Shown: positions 1-9,233 of the stretch, piece after piece | Numbering within the stretch: the stretch's first letter is position 1 | Layout: each line of letters opens with the position of its first letter | NCBI GenBank assembly: GCA_001782015.1 | Contig: MFNJ01000048.1 | Coordinates: 1-62,004, forward strand | DNA from: Candidatus Levybacteria bacterium RIFCSPHIGHO2_01_FULL_36_15 | GTDB taxonomy: Bacteria; Patescibacteriota; Microgenomatia; Levybacterales; GWA1-39-11 | DNA length: 62,004 nucleotides | Reading direction: 5' to 3' | The notes under the pieces: generated by a model | Databases searched by the model: none | What the model was told of the DNA's origin: nothing | Seen by the model: the letters and a program-made list of their open reading frames with translations, nothing else | Translations under genes and position numbers: made by a program

Positions 1-56
1 TCGAACCCGTCTTTTTTGCTTGGAAAGCAAATGTTGAACCGCTCAACTAATCCCGC
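1..56 (-). tRNA. tRNA-Gly(UCC), 3' end cut by window edge
   Basis: Minus strand reads GCGGGAT-TA-GTTG-AGCGGTT-CAAC-A-TTTGC-TTTCCAA-GCAAA-AAAGA-CGGGTTCGA... The acceptor 5' strand is present, the D and anticodon stems pair, and the anticodon loop is UU-UCC-AA. Confidence 0.75.
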
Positions 57-79
57 GCAAATAATTCAACAATAATTTG

Positions 80-293
80 TCGGGGACAGAGGACTTGAAC
101 CTCCGACCTCACGGTCTCGGAATAATCGCTACGCGATTTTCTGAGTAAACCTTTACCCGGTAATTTTCTCTGTCGGAGACCAGGGAATTGAACCCTGTAC
201 TTCTCGGTCCCAAACCGAGCGTTCTACCGATGAACTAGTCTCCGAAAATATACCGGGCAAACCGCGCGCTCTAGCCAACTGAGCTAGTCCCCG
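80..293 (-). tRNA. Interrupted tRNA-Pro-like gene (5' half 262-293, 3' half 80-114) enclosing tRNA-Pro(UGG) plus extra sequence
   Basis: Minus strand 293->262 reads CGGGGAC-TA-GCTC-AGTTGGCTA-GAGC-G-CGCGG. Minus strand 114->80 reads CCGTG-AGGTC-GGAGG-TTCAAGT-CCTCT-GTCCCCG-A. The acceptor strands are exactly complementary and the anticodon-stem strands pair with one G-U. I could not assemble a normal 7-nt anticodon loop between them. Confidence 0.4.
173..244 (-). tRNA. tRNA-Pro(UGG)
   Basis: Minus strand reads CGGAGAC-TA-GTTC-ATCGGTA-GAAC-G-CTCGG-TTTGGGA-CCGAG-AAGTA-CAGGG-TTCAATT-CCCTG-GTCTCCG-A, 72 nt. It is a full cloverleaf with C1-G72 and A73, typical of bacterial tRNA-Pro. CCA is not encoded. 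Confidence 0.85.
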
Positions 294-310
294 CTTAAAT
301 TCACATCTAT

Positions 311-320
311 ATTATAGCAA
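311..320 (-). promoter_or_regulatory. Possible extended -10 promoter (TGcTATAAT) for the tRNA cluster
   Basis: The reverse complement of 311-320 is TTGCTATAAT, about 17 nt upstream of the first tRNA-like 5' end at 293. No good -35 was seen. Confidence 0.3.
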
Positions 321-401
321 AAATTGATACATTCTATATTTATTATTTTGAATTTATATCCGATTGGGTAAATTATTAAATAACTCATTTTAAGACTACA
401 T

Positions 402-428
402 AAAAAAAATAATCCCCTTTAGGGGGAT
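402..428 (-). terminator. Rho-independent terminator (minus strand)
   Basis: A GC-rich hairpin ATCCCC/GGGGAT lies at 412-428. On the minus strand it is followed directly by a T-run (the A-run at 402-409 on plus). Confidence 0.5.
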
Positions 429-735
429 GAAAAAAATTATTTAAAAAGCTCTCTGTCTCTTAAGGCGGAGATCTGTCCATTGAATTCCAGTAAAATATGT
501 GAGTTTTATGTATTATTTGTTTATCCATATCTAAAAATCTTAAATCAAGAATATTTTAGATAAATGCAAAACTATTACTATCAAAACCTCACAACTTTCC
601 CTAAACGCTTTTGGAATTTAAAATTTATAGTCTTTCGTGTGGAGCACATAATATTCTTCATATTTGGAAGTATCTTGATACTAGGGGAATATAATAAGAA
701 ATCAATAATAAAATTGTAAGAAATCGGATAGAAGA

Positions 736-921
736 TTATTGGTCAGCAAACCAGTAATAGTAAACAACAGGTATGAGAAACAACATGATAGTCCCGGAAA
801 AAGTTAAACCTGCTATGGCACGTTTGAATGGAAGTTTTGCTTTGATATTAAGACACCTATTAGAGCAGGAAAGTGGGGTATTTGTTATGGTCACAATTAT
901 CAGAACAAAAGATAAAAGCAT
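736..921 (-). CDS. Hypothetical small membrane protein (doubtful ORF)
   Basis: The 61-aa ORF has two hydrophobic stretches and sits alone in a roughly 900-nt otherwise non-coding region. No recognisable motif was seen. Confidence 0.2.
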   Translation of the reverse strand: MLLSFVLIIVTITNTPLSCSNRCLNIKAKLPFKRAIAGLTFSGTIMLFLIPVVYYYWFADQ

Positions 922-1197
922 AGCAAGAAGTATGGATGAAACTGAATTCTGATTTTCTTCATTGACTCCGCCGGTTTTCCAAAAATATCCCGACTGAAGG
1001 TTAAGACTATCTGCAGATTTTGCAAGCTTCGCATGATGAAAATCACCAAATCCGAAGTTTTAATTTTGATTTAAAACTGTAAGGCTTGATTTAATCAGGT
1101 CAGAATTAAAGATTTCAAAATATGAAATATTTGGTAAGAAAAGGCTTATAGTTTTTTTCTTACCATCCTATTACCAAATAATAATAAGGAAAACTTC

Positions 1198-1226
1198 TTT
1201 ACAAGGAATAATTGTTGTGTTATAGT
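1198..1226 (+). promoter_or_regulatory. Sigma70-like promoter of the glycan island (TTTACA-17-TATAGT)
   Basis: TTTACA lies at 1198-1203 and TATAGT at 1221-1226, with a 17-nt spacer. The -10 ends 1 nt before the ATG at 1228, so the real start of the first gene is more likely ATG 1342. Confidence 0.45.
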
Positions 1227-1227
1227 A

Positions 1228-3645
1228 ATGAATCTTACAAAATCTACCATTTTAGATACTTGCGATAATTCATCAGACTGCCCCGCTGAGTTCTACGAGT
1301 GGAGTTTTTTTATTAAAGAAACAAAAAAAACAGAGCACGTAATGAACAAATTATCTGTCGTTATTCCAACCTGGAATGAAGAAAAAAACATCCAGGAATT
1401 AATAAAACAAATTGACAGCTCCCTATCAGGGTGCGGTATTGTTTATGAAATAATTTTTATTGATGACCACTCAACTGATAAAACAAGAGACGCAATTTTT
1501 TATCACGAAAAAAAATATCCCGTCAGAATGTTTTCCAAGAAGGGAAAACGGGGTAAGGCACAATCATTAATCGAAGGCTTCTCTAACGCAAAATATAATT
1601 TGATCTGCATGATTGACGCAGATCTTCAATACTCCCCAGAGTATATTCCTGAAATGCTCAAAAAAATTAACCGCAATACAGATATAGTGGTAGCTAAAAG
1701 AACAGAACAAAAAACAAGCTTACTGCGTCAAATAATAAGTAAGGCATTTTCATTATTTTTTGGCAAAATTCTTCACGGAATGCCTTATGACGTACAATCC
1801 GGTCTTAAAGTTTTCAAACGTGAAATACTTGAAAGAGTTAATCTTGATCCGTCTCCGTGGGCGTTTGACCTGGAATTTCTGGTAAAAGCGCAAAATGCGG
1901 GATACACAATAAAAAGTTCTGGAATTGTCTTTAGACCAAGATACGCGGGGAAGGAAAAAATAAATATTCTGAAGGCAAGCTTTGAAATAGGATTATCCGC
2001 CATAAAGCTTAAATTTTGCTCTCCTGAAATAGTACCTCTTCACCCCAGTACTGTAAAAAGGGAAGGGCCTGGTTTTCATTATAAAGGAAACAAATTTATT
2101 CATCATAGCCTTCTTGATCACGGGGAAAGCGCGTTCAAAAGCCTTTCAAAAAAACAATCTGTGGCTTTGGGAATTTTTGCTTTAATAACGCTTAGTGCAA
2201 TAATTCTTGACTGGCACACAACAGCAATTGCTCTTATTGCTTCTTTGTCTATTTTATACTTTTGTGATCTTTTATTTAATTTATTTTTGATCTACAAAAG
2301 CTTTTCCAAAAAACCGGAGATAAATATAAGTAAAACCGAGATAGAAAAAGTGGATGAGAATACATGGCCAACTTACACAATTTTCTGTCCGCTTTATAAA
2401 GAATGGGAAGTCCTGCCTCAATTTGTAACAGCAATTAACAGGCTAAATTATCCAAAAGACAAACTTCAGGTTTTGCTTCTGCTTGAAGAAAATGATAAAG
2501 AAACAGTACAAAAAGCTGAACTTTATAATCTTCCCTCATATTTTCAAACGGTTATTGTTCCTGATTCGCTTCCAAAAACAAAACCCAAAGCCTGTAATTA
2601 TGGCTTACAAAAGGCCCGAGGAAAATATTCAGTAGTGTATGACGCAGAAGACATTCCGGAACCAAACCAACTCAAAAAAACAGTTATAGCATTTAATAAG
2701 GCAGGCTGCCAGGTAACCTGTATTCAAGCAAAGCTTAATTTTTACAACCCGCATCAAAATATCATAACGCGTGTTTTTACTGCTGAATACTCACTGTGGT
2801 TTGATTTGGTACTAACTGGCCTGCAATCAATAAATGCTCCTATTCCGCTTGGGGGAACAAGCAATCACTTTAGAACCTCTGACTTAAAAGATGTTAAGGG
2901 CTGGGATTCGTTCAATGTAACGGAAGACTGTGACTTGGGGGTAAGACTGGTAAAAAAAGGCTACAGAACTGCAATTTTAAACTCAACTACCTATGAAGAA
3001 GCAAACAGTGACTTTGTAAACTGGTTCTGGCAAAGAACGCGCTGGATAAAAGGCTACTTGCAGACTTATCTTGTACACATGAGAAACCCGGGGGAATTTA
3101 CCAAAAATACCAAAAAAACAAATCTTATAATTTTTCAGTTGGTTGTTGGAGGAAAAGTTTTATCCATGCTTATCAATCCTTTCATGTGGATAATAACTTT
3201 CCTGTATTTTGCTACAAGATCAACTCTTGGAACTTTTATAGAATCATTTTTCCCTCCTCCCGTACTTTACGTGGGAGTTTTTTCACTTTTTATAGGAAAT
3301 TTTTTGTACATGTACTACTACATGATCGGGTGTGCGAAAAGAAAATACTTCGGGTTAATCCATTACGTTTTTCTTGTACCTTTTTATTGGCTGGGAATGA
3401 GCCTAGCGGCTTATACCGCAACTTTCAAACTGATCAAACAGCCTTATCACTGGTCAAAAACAAAACACGGATTGCATCTTGATAACGAAGACGTAATAAA
3501 GCACGCGAGAGGCATAATCGGAAGAAATCTTGTTGACAGGGAGCTTATAGATCCGGTTCCTGCTCCAGTCGTAATTCCGGGCACTTTTACATTAAAAAAA
3601 ACAAACTATTCAAAAAGGGTCTCAGAAATTGACGGAATAAGTTAA
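1228..3645 (+). CDS. Membrane protein with two family-2 glycosyltransferase domains (DPM1/ArnC-like GT2 plus synthase-like GT2)
   Basis: The N-terminal GT2 shows LSVVIPTWNEE, IFIDDHSTD and DADLQY. Central TM helices follow. The second GT2 carries DAED, TEDCDLGVRL and QRTRWIKG (a QxxRW-type motif), then C-terminal TM helices. The likely true start is 1342 (MNKLSVV...). Confidence 0.85.
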   Translation: MNLTKSTILDTCDNSSDCPAEFYEWSFFIKETKKTEHVMNKLSVVIPTWNEEKNIQELIKQIDSSLSGCGIVYEIIFIDDHSTDKTRDAIFYHEKKYPVRMFSKKGKRGKAQSLIEGFSNAKYNLICMIDADLQYSPEYIPEMLKKINRNTDIVVAKRTEQKTSLLRQIISKAFSLFFGKILHGMPYDVQSGLKVFKREILERVNLDPSPWAFDLEFLVKAQNAGYTIKSSGIVFRPRYAGKEKINILKASFEIGLSAIKLKFCSPEIVPLHPSTVKREGPGFHYKGNKFIHHSLLDHGESAFKSLSKKQSVALGIFALITLSAIILDWHTTAIALIASLSILYFCDLLFNLFLIYKSFSKKPEINISKTEIEKVDENTWPTYTIFCPLYKEWEVLPQFVTAINRLNYPKDKLQVLLLLEENDKETVQKAELYNLPSYFQTVIVPDSLPKTKPKACNYGLQKARGKYSVVYDAEDIPEPNQLKKTVIAFNKAGCQVTCIQAKLNFYNPHQNIITRVFTAEYSLWFDLVLTGLQSINAPIPLGGTSNHFRTSDLKDVKGWDSFNVTEDCDLGVRLVKKGYRTAILNSTTYEEANSDFVNWFWQRTRWIKGYLQTYLVHMRNPGEFTKNTKKTNLIIFQLVVGGKVLSMLINPFMWIITFLYFATRSTLGTFIESFFPPPVLYVGVFSLFIGNFLYMYYYMIGCAKRKYFGLIHYVFLVPFYWLGMSLAAYTATFKLIKQPYHWSKTKHGLHLDNEDVIKHARGIIGRNLVDRELIDPVPAPVVIPGTFTLKKTNYSKRVSEIDGIS

Positions 3646-3649
3646 ATAT

Positions 3650-6058
3650 ATGAAAGTTTTTACAAAAAAAGTTTTAACTGGTGGAGGCATTTTACTTGCT
3701 TCGCTCATGTTTTCTAATTTATTGAATTTTATATTTAACGCCTATTTAGGACGTGTCTTAAGTTTTGAAGACTTTGGTTTAGTTACATTAATAAACACTT
3801 TATGGTATTTTGCCACTATTTTTTTGGGTGCACTGGGAATAACAATAACTCATAGAATTGCGTATATAGGTGCAACCTCCGGTAAAGAAAAAGCTGCGGG
3901 ATTTTTTATGTCTACAAAGAAAAAATCATTTTTTATAGCATTTGGAATATGTTTTTTCTGGCTTATTAGCACTCCTTTTGTTTCTCATTTTTTTGATACG
4001 AACAATATTATCCCGTTAATATTGTTTACACCTGTTATTTTATTTGGTACCCTCGTATCTGCCAACAGAGGATTTTTGCAGGGAAATTTCTATTTTATAT
4101 TTCTTGCCCTTATAACTATTATTGAATCTCTTGTAAAGCTTTTATCAACTCTTGTAATTGTTTCTCTTGGGTTTAATTTTTGGGCTTACGCCTCTATACC
4201 CATATCTGTAACCTGCGCATTTATTATTTCTCAATTAATTATTTCAAAAAAAATAAAAAAAATTGAGAAACATAACTACAGAATGCCTCTCAGGTTTTAT
4301 GTTGCAGCAGTTTTGACAGGAATCGCTACAACCGCTTTTTTAAGTATTGATGTATTCCTTGTAAAACATTTTCTTGATCCAAAAGGAGCCGGAGAGTATG
4401 CGCTTTTGTCTCTGGTTGGGAAAATGATTTATTTTTTCAGTTCGCTTTTAAACATTTTCATCGTACCGTTTGCAAGCCGCGATGAAGGTTTAAAAAATAA
4501 TCCAAATAAAAATTTCTATACAATACTTTTTGCAAGTACCGTGCTCTGTTTAATCGCGTATATTCCGATTGGCTTATTTGGAAATATTACTGTGCCAATA
4601 CTTTTTGGCACTAAAGCGTTTGTTATAGTTCCTTATTTAGCTCTTTATGGAGGTGCTATCGCACTATACAGTGTATCAAGTAAAATTATAGTTTTTCATC
4701 TATCACGACATCATTACACATTTCCTATTATATCTTTTATCTTTACATTTATTATGGCCCTAGGCGTTATAATTTATCATCAAAATATAGGTGAAATAAC
4801 AAACGTTGTGTTTATTACAAGTCTTGCGAGCTTCACGGTAACTATTTTACTTCACTTTATCCAAATAAATGAAAAGTTTCTCCTTTCTAATATTGTTGAT
4901 TTTTTCTATCTATTCAAAGGTTTGCCAAAAGTTTCTCCTGTTTTAAAGATTGACGATACTCATAAACGTATTCTTATTCTAAATTGGAGAGATACAAAAC
5001 ATAGATTTGCTGGAGGAGCAGAAGTTTACATACATGAACTTGCTAAACGCTGGGTAAGAAAAGGCCACCAAGTAACACTTTTTTGCGGAAATGATGGAAA
5101 GTCTGCCAGAAATGAAGCAATTGACGGAGTACAGGTAATAAGACGCGGGGGATTTTACTTTGTATATGTCTGGGCATTTATATATTACATAACAAAATTC
5201 AGAGGAAAATATGATGTAATTATTGACTCGCAAAACGGCGTGCCATTTTTTACACCATTTTATGCAAAAGAGCCTGTTTATTCAGTTCTTTATCATGTTC
5301 ATCAAGACGTGTTTTATAAATCCCTTCCAAAACCGCTGGCATTTGTAGCCTCAACACTTGAAAATCTTTTTATGCCCTGGGCATACAAAAAAACCAAATT
5401 TATTACAATTTCAAATTCAACTAGAGAAGAAATGAAGACAATTAACTTAACGAGTAATACAGTTGAAATTATATATCCTGGTGTTGATTTAAAAAAACTT
5501 AAACCGGGTGATAAAAGCAAAACCCCTATGGTTCTATACATGGGAAGACTTAAAAGTTATAAGTCAGTTAATATTCTTATTAAATCGTTCAGGAAAATTT
5601 TACATGTAATTCCTAATGCAAAACTCGTTATTGCAGGAGAAGGAGAAGAGTTTTTAAATCTCAGGGCGCTCGCACAAAAACTTGGAATAATAGAAAAAAT
5701 TGAATTTACTGGCAAAATAAACGAGGAAGACAAAGTTAATCTTCTTCAAAGAGCTTGGGTTTTTGTTAATCCGTCGTTTATGGAAGGGTGGGGGATTACA
5801 ACAATTGAAGCAAATGCATGCGGAACTCCTGTGGTTGCTTCTGATGTTCCGGGACTTAAAGACTCTGTAAGAAATCCGTCAACTGGATTTCTTGTTGAGT
5901 ACGGAGATTCCGATGCTTTTGCCGAAAGAATTCTTACCTTATTGAAAAATAAAGATTTAAGGTCTAAAATGTCAAAATTGTCAGTAGAATGGGCAAAAAC
6001 GCATGACTGGGAAAGCAGCGCAAACAAAGGCTTAGAAGTACTAAATATTAAAATATGA
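3650..6058 (+). CDS. Fusion of a Wzx/MOP-type polysaccharide flippase with a GT4 glycosyltransferase
   Basis: Residues 1 to about 430 form a polytopic membrane domain with many TM helices, in the style of the polysaccharide-biosynthesis-protein family. Residues from about 440 to 802 form a GT-B/GT4 domain (RILILNWRD..., EGWGITTIEANACGTPVVASDVPG). Confidence 0.8.
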   Translation: MKVFTKKVLTGGGILLASLMFSNLLNFIFNAYLGRVLSFEDFGLVTLINTLWYFATIFLGALGITITHRIAYIGATSGKEKAAGFFMSTKKKSFFIAFGICFFWLISTPFVSHFFDTNNIIPLILFTPVILFGTLVSANRGFLQGNFYFIFLALITIIESLVKLLSTLVIVSLGFNFWAYASIPISVTCAFIISQLIISKKIKKIEKHNYRMPLRFYVAAVLTGIATTAFLSIDVFLVKHFLDPKGAGEYALLSLVGKMIYFFSSLLNIFIVPFASRDEGLKNNPNKNFYTILFASTVLCLIAYIPIGLFGNITVPILFGTKAFVIVPYLALYGGAIALYSVSSKIIVFHLSRHHYTFPIISFIFTFIMALGVIIYHQNIGEITNVVFITSLASFTVTILLHFIQINEKFLLSNIVDFFYLFKGLPKVSPVLKIDDTHKRILILNWRDTKHRFAGGAEVYIHELAKRWVRKGHQVTLFCGNDGKSARNEAIDGVQVIRRGGFYFVYVWAFIYYITKFRGKYDVIIDSQNGVPFFTPFYAKEPVYSVLYHVHQDVFYKSLPKPLAFVASTLENLFMPWAYKKTKFITISNSTREEMKTINLTSNTVEIIYPGVDLKKLKPGDKSKTPMVLYMGRLKSYKSVNILIKSFRKILHVIPNAKLVIAGEGEEFLNLRALAQKLGIIEKIEFTGKINEEDKVNLLQRAWVFVNPSFMEGWGITTIEANACGTPVVASDVPGLKDSVRNPSTGFLVEYGDSDAFAERILTLLKNKDLRSKMSKLSVEWAKTHDWESSANKGLEVLNIKI

Positions 6059-7173
6059 GAATAAAATTAACAAAACTAAAAATTGCTATTTTAGATTTTG
6101 ATGACATAAAAAATCCGCTGCTTGCCGCTGGACAAGCAAAAGCAACCTTGGAAGTTGGTAAAAGACTTGCTGAAAAAGGACATAAAATTACTGTAGTTTC
6201 CTCACGTTTCCCAGGATATAAAGACAGATTTGAAAATGGAATGAAGTATATACATATTGGCTTGGGAAGCAATAACATTAGGTTAAATAATATCTTTTAT
6301 ATACTGACCTTACCTTTTTATGTAATAAAACTGAATTCTAATGTAATTATTGAGTGCTTTACTTCGCCAATATCAACATTGTTCACTCCTTTGTGGACAA
6401 AAATACCAGTTGTTGCGATTCCAACATCTTTTGAAGCAGATAGATTTTCCAGACTTTATAAACTTCCTTTTGATTTGATAGAAAAATTCGGCTGCAGATT
6501 TTACAGGTATTTTTTGCCATATACAGAAAGTCTTGATTTAAGAATGAAAAAATATAACCCTAAAATTGTTTCTAAAATAGTTCCTGAAGGGGTAGGAAAT
6601 GAGTTTTTTAAAATTAAAGCAAGGATCCCAAAACATATACTGTTTTTAGGCAGATTTGACATCAATCAAAAAGGAATAGATCTTTTACTAAAAGCCTATT
6701 CTGGGGTAGCAAAAGAGATTAAATACCCGTTGGTAATTGCTGGTAATGGTCCGGACGAACAAAAAATTAAACTTCTTATAACAAAATTAAATCTTGATAA
6801 ATATGTAAGAATGGTCGGCCCTGCGTACGGACAGAAGAAAAAGAATATTTTGTCAGAAGCTCTGTATATAGCTTTTCCCTCCAGACACGAAGGTTTTTCT
6901 CTTTTTTCCCTGGAAGCACTGGCCTCCGGCTTGCCTTTGATATGCTTTGATATTCCTGCTTTGAAATGGGCAGATAAAAGAGTTGCGCTAAAAGCAAGGC
7001 CTTTTGACGTAAAAGAGTATTCAAGATTAATAAAACTGGCCGCAAATAAAAAGTTTATTAACAGTATGCGCAAAAACACAAGAATAGTAGCCAGGAAATA
7101 CTCCTGGAGCAATGTTGCAAATGAATATGATGTTTTTCTTAAAACAATACTAAGCGATAAATATGCTAATTAA
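6055..7173 (+). CDS. GT4 family glycosyltransferase
   Basis: The C-terminal GT-B motif is SRHEGFSLFSLEALASGLPLICFD (E-x7-E). The start overlaps the upstream stop. Confidence 0.85.
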   Translation: MRIKLTKLKIAILDFDDIKNPLLAAGQAKATLEVGKRLAEKGHKITVVSSRFPGYKDRFENGMKYIHIGLGSNNIRLNNIFYILTLPFYVIKLNSNVIIECFTSPISTLFTPLWTKIPVVAIPTSFEADRFSRLYKLPFDLIEKFGCRFYRYFLPYTESLDLRMKKYNPKIVSKIVPEGVGNEFFKIKARIPKHILFLGRFDINQKGIDLLLKAYSGVAKEIKYPLVIAGNGPDEQKIKLLITKLNLDKYVRMVGPAYGQKKKNILSEALYIAFPSRHEGFSLFSLEALASGLPLICFDIPALKWADKRVALKARPFDVKEYSRLIKLAANKKFINSMRKNTRIVARKYSWSNVANEYDVFLKTILSDKYAN

Positions 7174-8320
7174 ATTTTTTAAACCATACATATCAGGTAA
7201 CGAACTTAAATACATTAAGGATCTTTTTGACAATAGACTCGACCTGTCAGGTGATGGAAAGTACACAAAAATGGCTCAAGAATTTCTTGAAAAGAAATAT
7301 CATGTAAATAAAGTTTTTCTAACTACCTCTGGAACCACAGCTCTTGAACTGGCGGTAAGACTGTTGGATTTAAAACCTGGCGATGAAGTGATTGTTCCGT
7401 CATTCACTTTTTCTTCAACCGTAAATGCTATTCTGTTTTCTTACGGAGTAAAAGTGGTATTTACAGAAATACAAAAAGACACATTAAATATTGATCCGAA
7501 AGACATAAAAAGAAAGTTAAATAAAAATACAAAAGCAATAATGGTTGTTCATTACGCGGGTGTGGCGTGTGATATGGATAGGATCATGAAAACAGCAAAG
7601 GAAAGTAATCTTAAAGTTATAGAAGACGCAGCGCAAGCTATTGAGAGTAAATATAAAAATAAATATCTTGGGACAATTGGGGATTTTGGCTGCCTAAGTT
7701 TTCACGACACAAAGAATGTCACATGCGGTGAAGGAGGAGCATTGTACATTAATACTGACGATAAAAAGATAATAGAAAAAGCTGAAATAATCAGAGAAAA
7801 AGGAACAAACAGAACAAAATTTTTCAGAGGAGAAGTGGACAAATATACATGGGTTGATGTTGGATCAAGCATTCTTCCAAGTGACATACTGGCAGCATTC
7901 TTACTGGCCCAACTTGAAAGTATTGATGAAATAACAAAAAAACGTTTAAAAGCTTATAACTACTATAAAAAATTATTATCAAAATACGAAAAACACAAAA
8001 TATTTAGAATTCCGAAAATTCCTAAATACGCTATCCATAATGGGCACATATTTTATGTAATTTTTAGCTCCGAAAAAGATAGAAATTTTACAATGGATTT
8101 TCTTCGGAAAAATGGGGTACAAGCTACATTTCATTATATCCCCCTTCATTCCGCGCCACAGGGAATAAGGCTTGGATATAAAGCTTCAGATCTTAAAATT
8201 ACTGAAAACGTCAGTAAATGCGTAATGAGATTTCCCCTTTATGCTGATATGGCAAAAGAGGAAATAAAATATGTTGCAAAAGTGTTTGAAGAAGCAATGA
8301 AAAAATTACATGGAAAATAA
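7163..8320 (+). CDS. wecE: DegT/DnrJ/EryC1 sugar aminotransferase, WecE-like (dTDP-4-amino-4,6-dideoxygalactose transaminase type)
   Basis: It matches the E. coli WecE layout as I recall it: PSFTFSSTVNA, HYAGVACDMD, SFHDTKN (PLP lysine), IREKGTNRTKFFRGEVDKYTWVDVGSS and FHYIPLH. Confidence 0.8.
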   Translation: MLIKFFKPYISGNELKYIKDLFDNRLDLSGDGKYTKMAQEFLEKKYHVNKVFLTTSGTTALELAVRLLDLKPGDEVIVPSFTFSSTVNAILFSYGVKVVFTEIQKDTLNIDPKDIKRKLNKNTKAIMVVHYAGVACDMDRIMKTAKESNLKVIEDAAQAIESKYKNKYLGTIGDFGCLSFHDTKNVTCGEGGALYINTDDKKIIEKAEIIREKGTNRTKFFRGEVDKYTWVDVGSSILPSDILAAFLLAQLESIDEITKKRLKAYNYYKKLLSKYEKHKIFRIPKIPKYAIHNGHIFYVIFSSEKDRNFTMDFLRKNGVQATFHYIPLHSAPQGIRLGYKASDLKITENVSKCVMRFPLYADMAKEEIKYVAKVFEEAMKKLHGK

Positions 8321-9227
8321 ATCAATATATACGGTAACAATAGGCATCCCTGCTTATAATGAAGAGGCAAATATTACAAATCTTCTTAATTCAATTCTGA
8401 GACAAAAAGAGGATGGGTACTTGATAGAAAGAATTATTGTTCTTTCTGACGCAAGCACGGATAAAACTGTGGAGAAAGTGGAAGAAATAAAAGATCCAAG
8501 AATTGAAATTCTTGATTTTAAAAAAAGAATGGGAAAATCCTACCATTTAAATACTTTCCCAAAAATAGTTAATTCTGATATTTTAGCGCTCTTTGATGCT
8601 GATGTGGTTTTAAACGGAGAAGACGTTATTAAGAAACTTATTGAGCCAATTATTAAAGAAGAAAATGTAGGTTTAGTTTCAGGAAATTTTCTACCAATCC
8701 GTGTCAAAAATTTTTTCCAACATGCAGTAAAAACCACAATCAATGTTTATGAAGTTTTGAGACAGGAATGGAAAGGCGGTCATAACGCTTTTGGTTGCAC
8801 AGGCAGAATTCAGGCCTTATCCAAACCATTTTATAAGGTACTAAAAGTGCCGCCTACTATGGTATTGAACGACATTTACACATACTTTGACTGCATTCAA
8901 AATGGATTTGAATTCAGGCACGTAAAATCAGTGAACGTATACTACCAGCTTCCAACAAATTTGAAAGACTATTTAAATCAATTCAAAAGGTTTTGTGTTG
9001 GATCAAGCCGTATGAGTAAGATATTCCAAGATCTGTACACACAAGAATATTCTATCTCCAAAAAAAGATTTTATTTATTAATGTTGAAGCAATTCACTAA
9101 TAAGCCAATACATTGTATTTTCATCTGTTTTGTAAATATCATTGGAAAGTTTATGGCAACTAGGGAATTAAAAAAAATGGACGGAAAATGGGAAGTGGTA
9201 ACTTCAACAAAAAATTTAAATAATTAG
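8310..9227 (+). CDS. GT2 family glycosyltransferase
   Basis: Motifs are TVTIGIPAYNEEANI, LSDASTDKT and FDADV. It is a paralogue of 10112-11044 and shares the C-terminal W-E/D-V/I-VTSTK. Confidence 0.85.
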   Translation: MENKSIYTVTIGIPAYNEEANITNLLNSILRQKEDGYLIERIIVLSDASTDKTVEKVEEIKDPRIEILDFKKRMGKSYHLNTFPKIVNSDILALFDADVVLNGEDVIKKLIEPIIKEENVGLVSGNFLPIRVKNFFQHAVKTTINVYEVLRQEWKGGHNAFGCTGRIQALSKPFYKVLKVPPTMVLNDIYTYFDCIQNGFEFRHVKSVNVYYQLPTNLKDYLNQFKRFCVGSSRMSKIFQDLYTQEYSISKKRFYLLMLKQFTNKPIHCIFICFVNIIGKFMATRELKKMDGKWEVVTSTKNLNN

Positions 9228-9233
9228 ATTATT

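Noticed and set aside
430-1227. Search for tmRNA, RNase P RNA, SRP RNA or 6S RNA in the roughly 900-nt gene-poor region after the tRNA cluster
   Set aside because: I found no T-arm-like GGTTCGA element, no GAAAGTCC-type RNase P motif and no SRP GGAA/AGCA domain-IV signature. It holds only short ORF fragments (44 aa and 61 aa in different frames) that may be a decayed membrane-protein gene.
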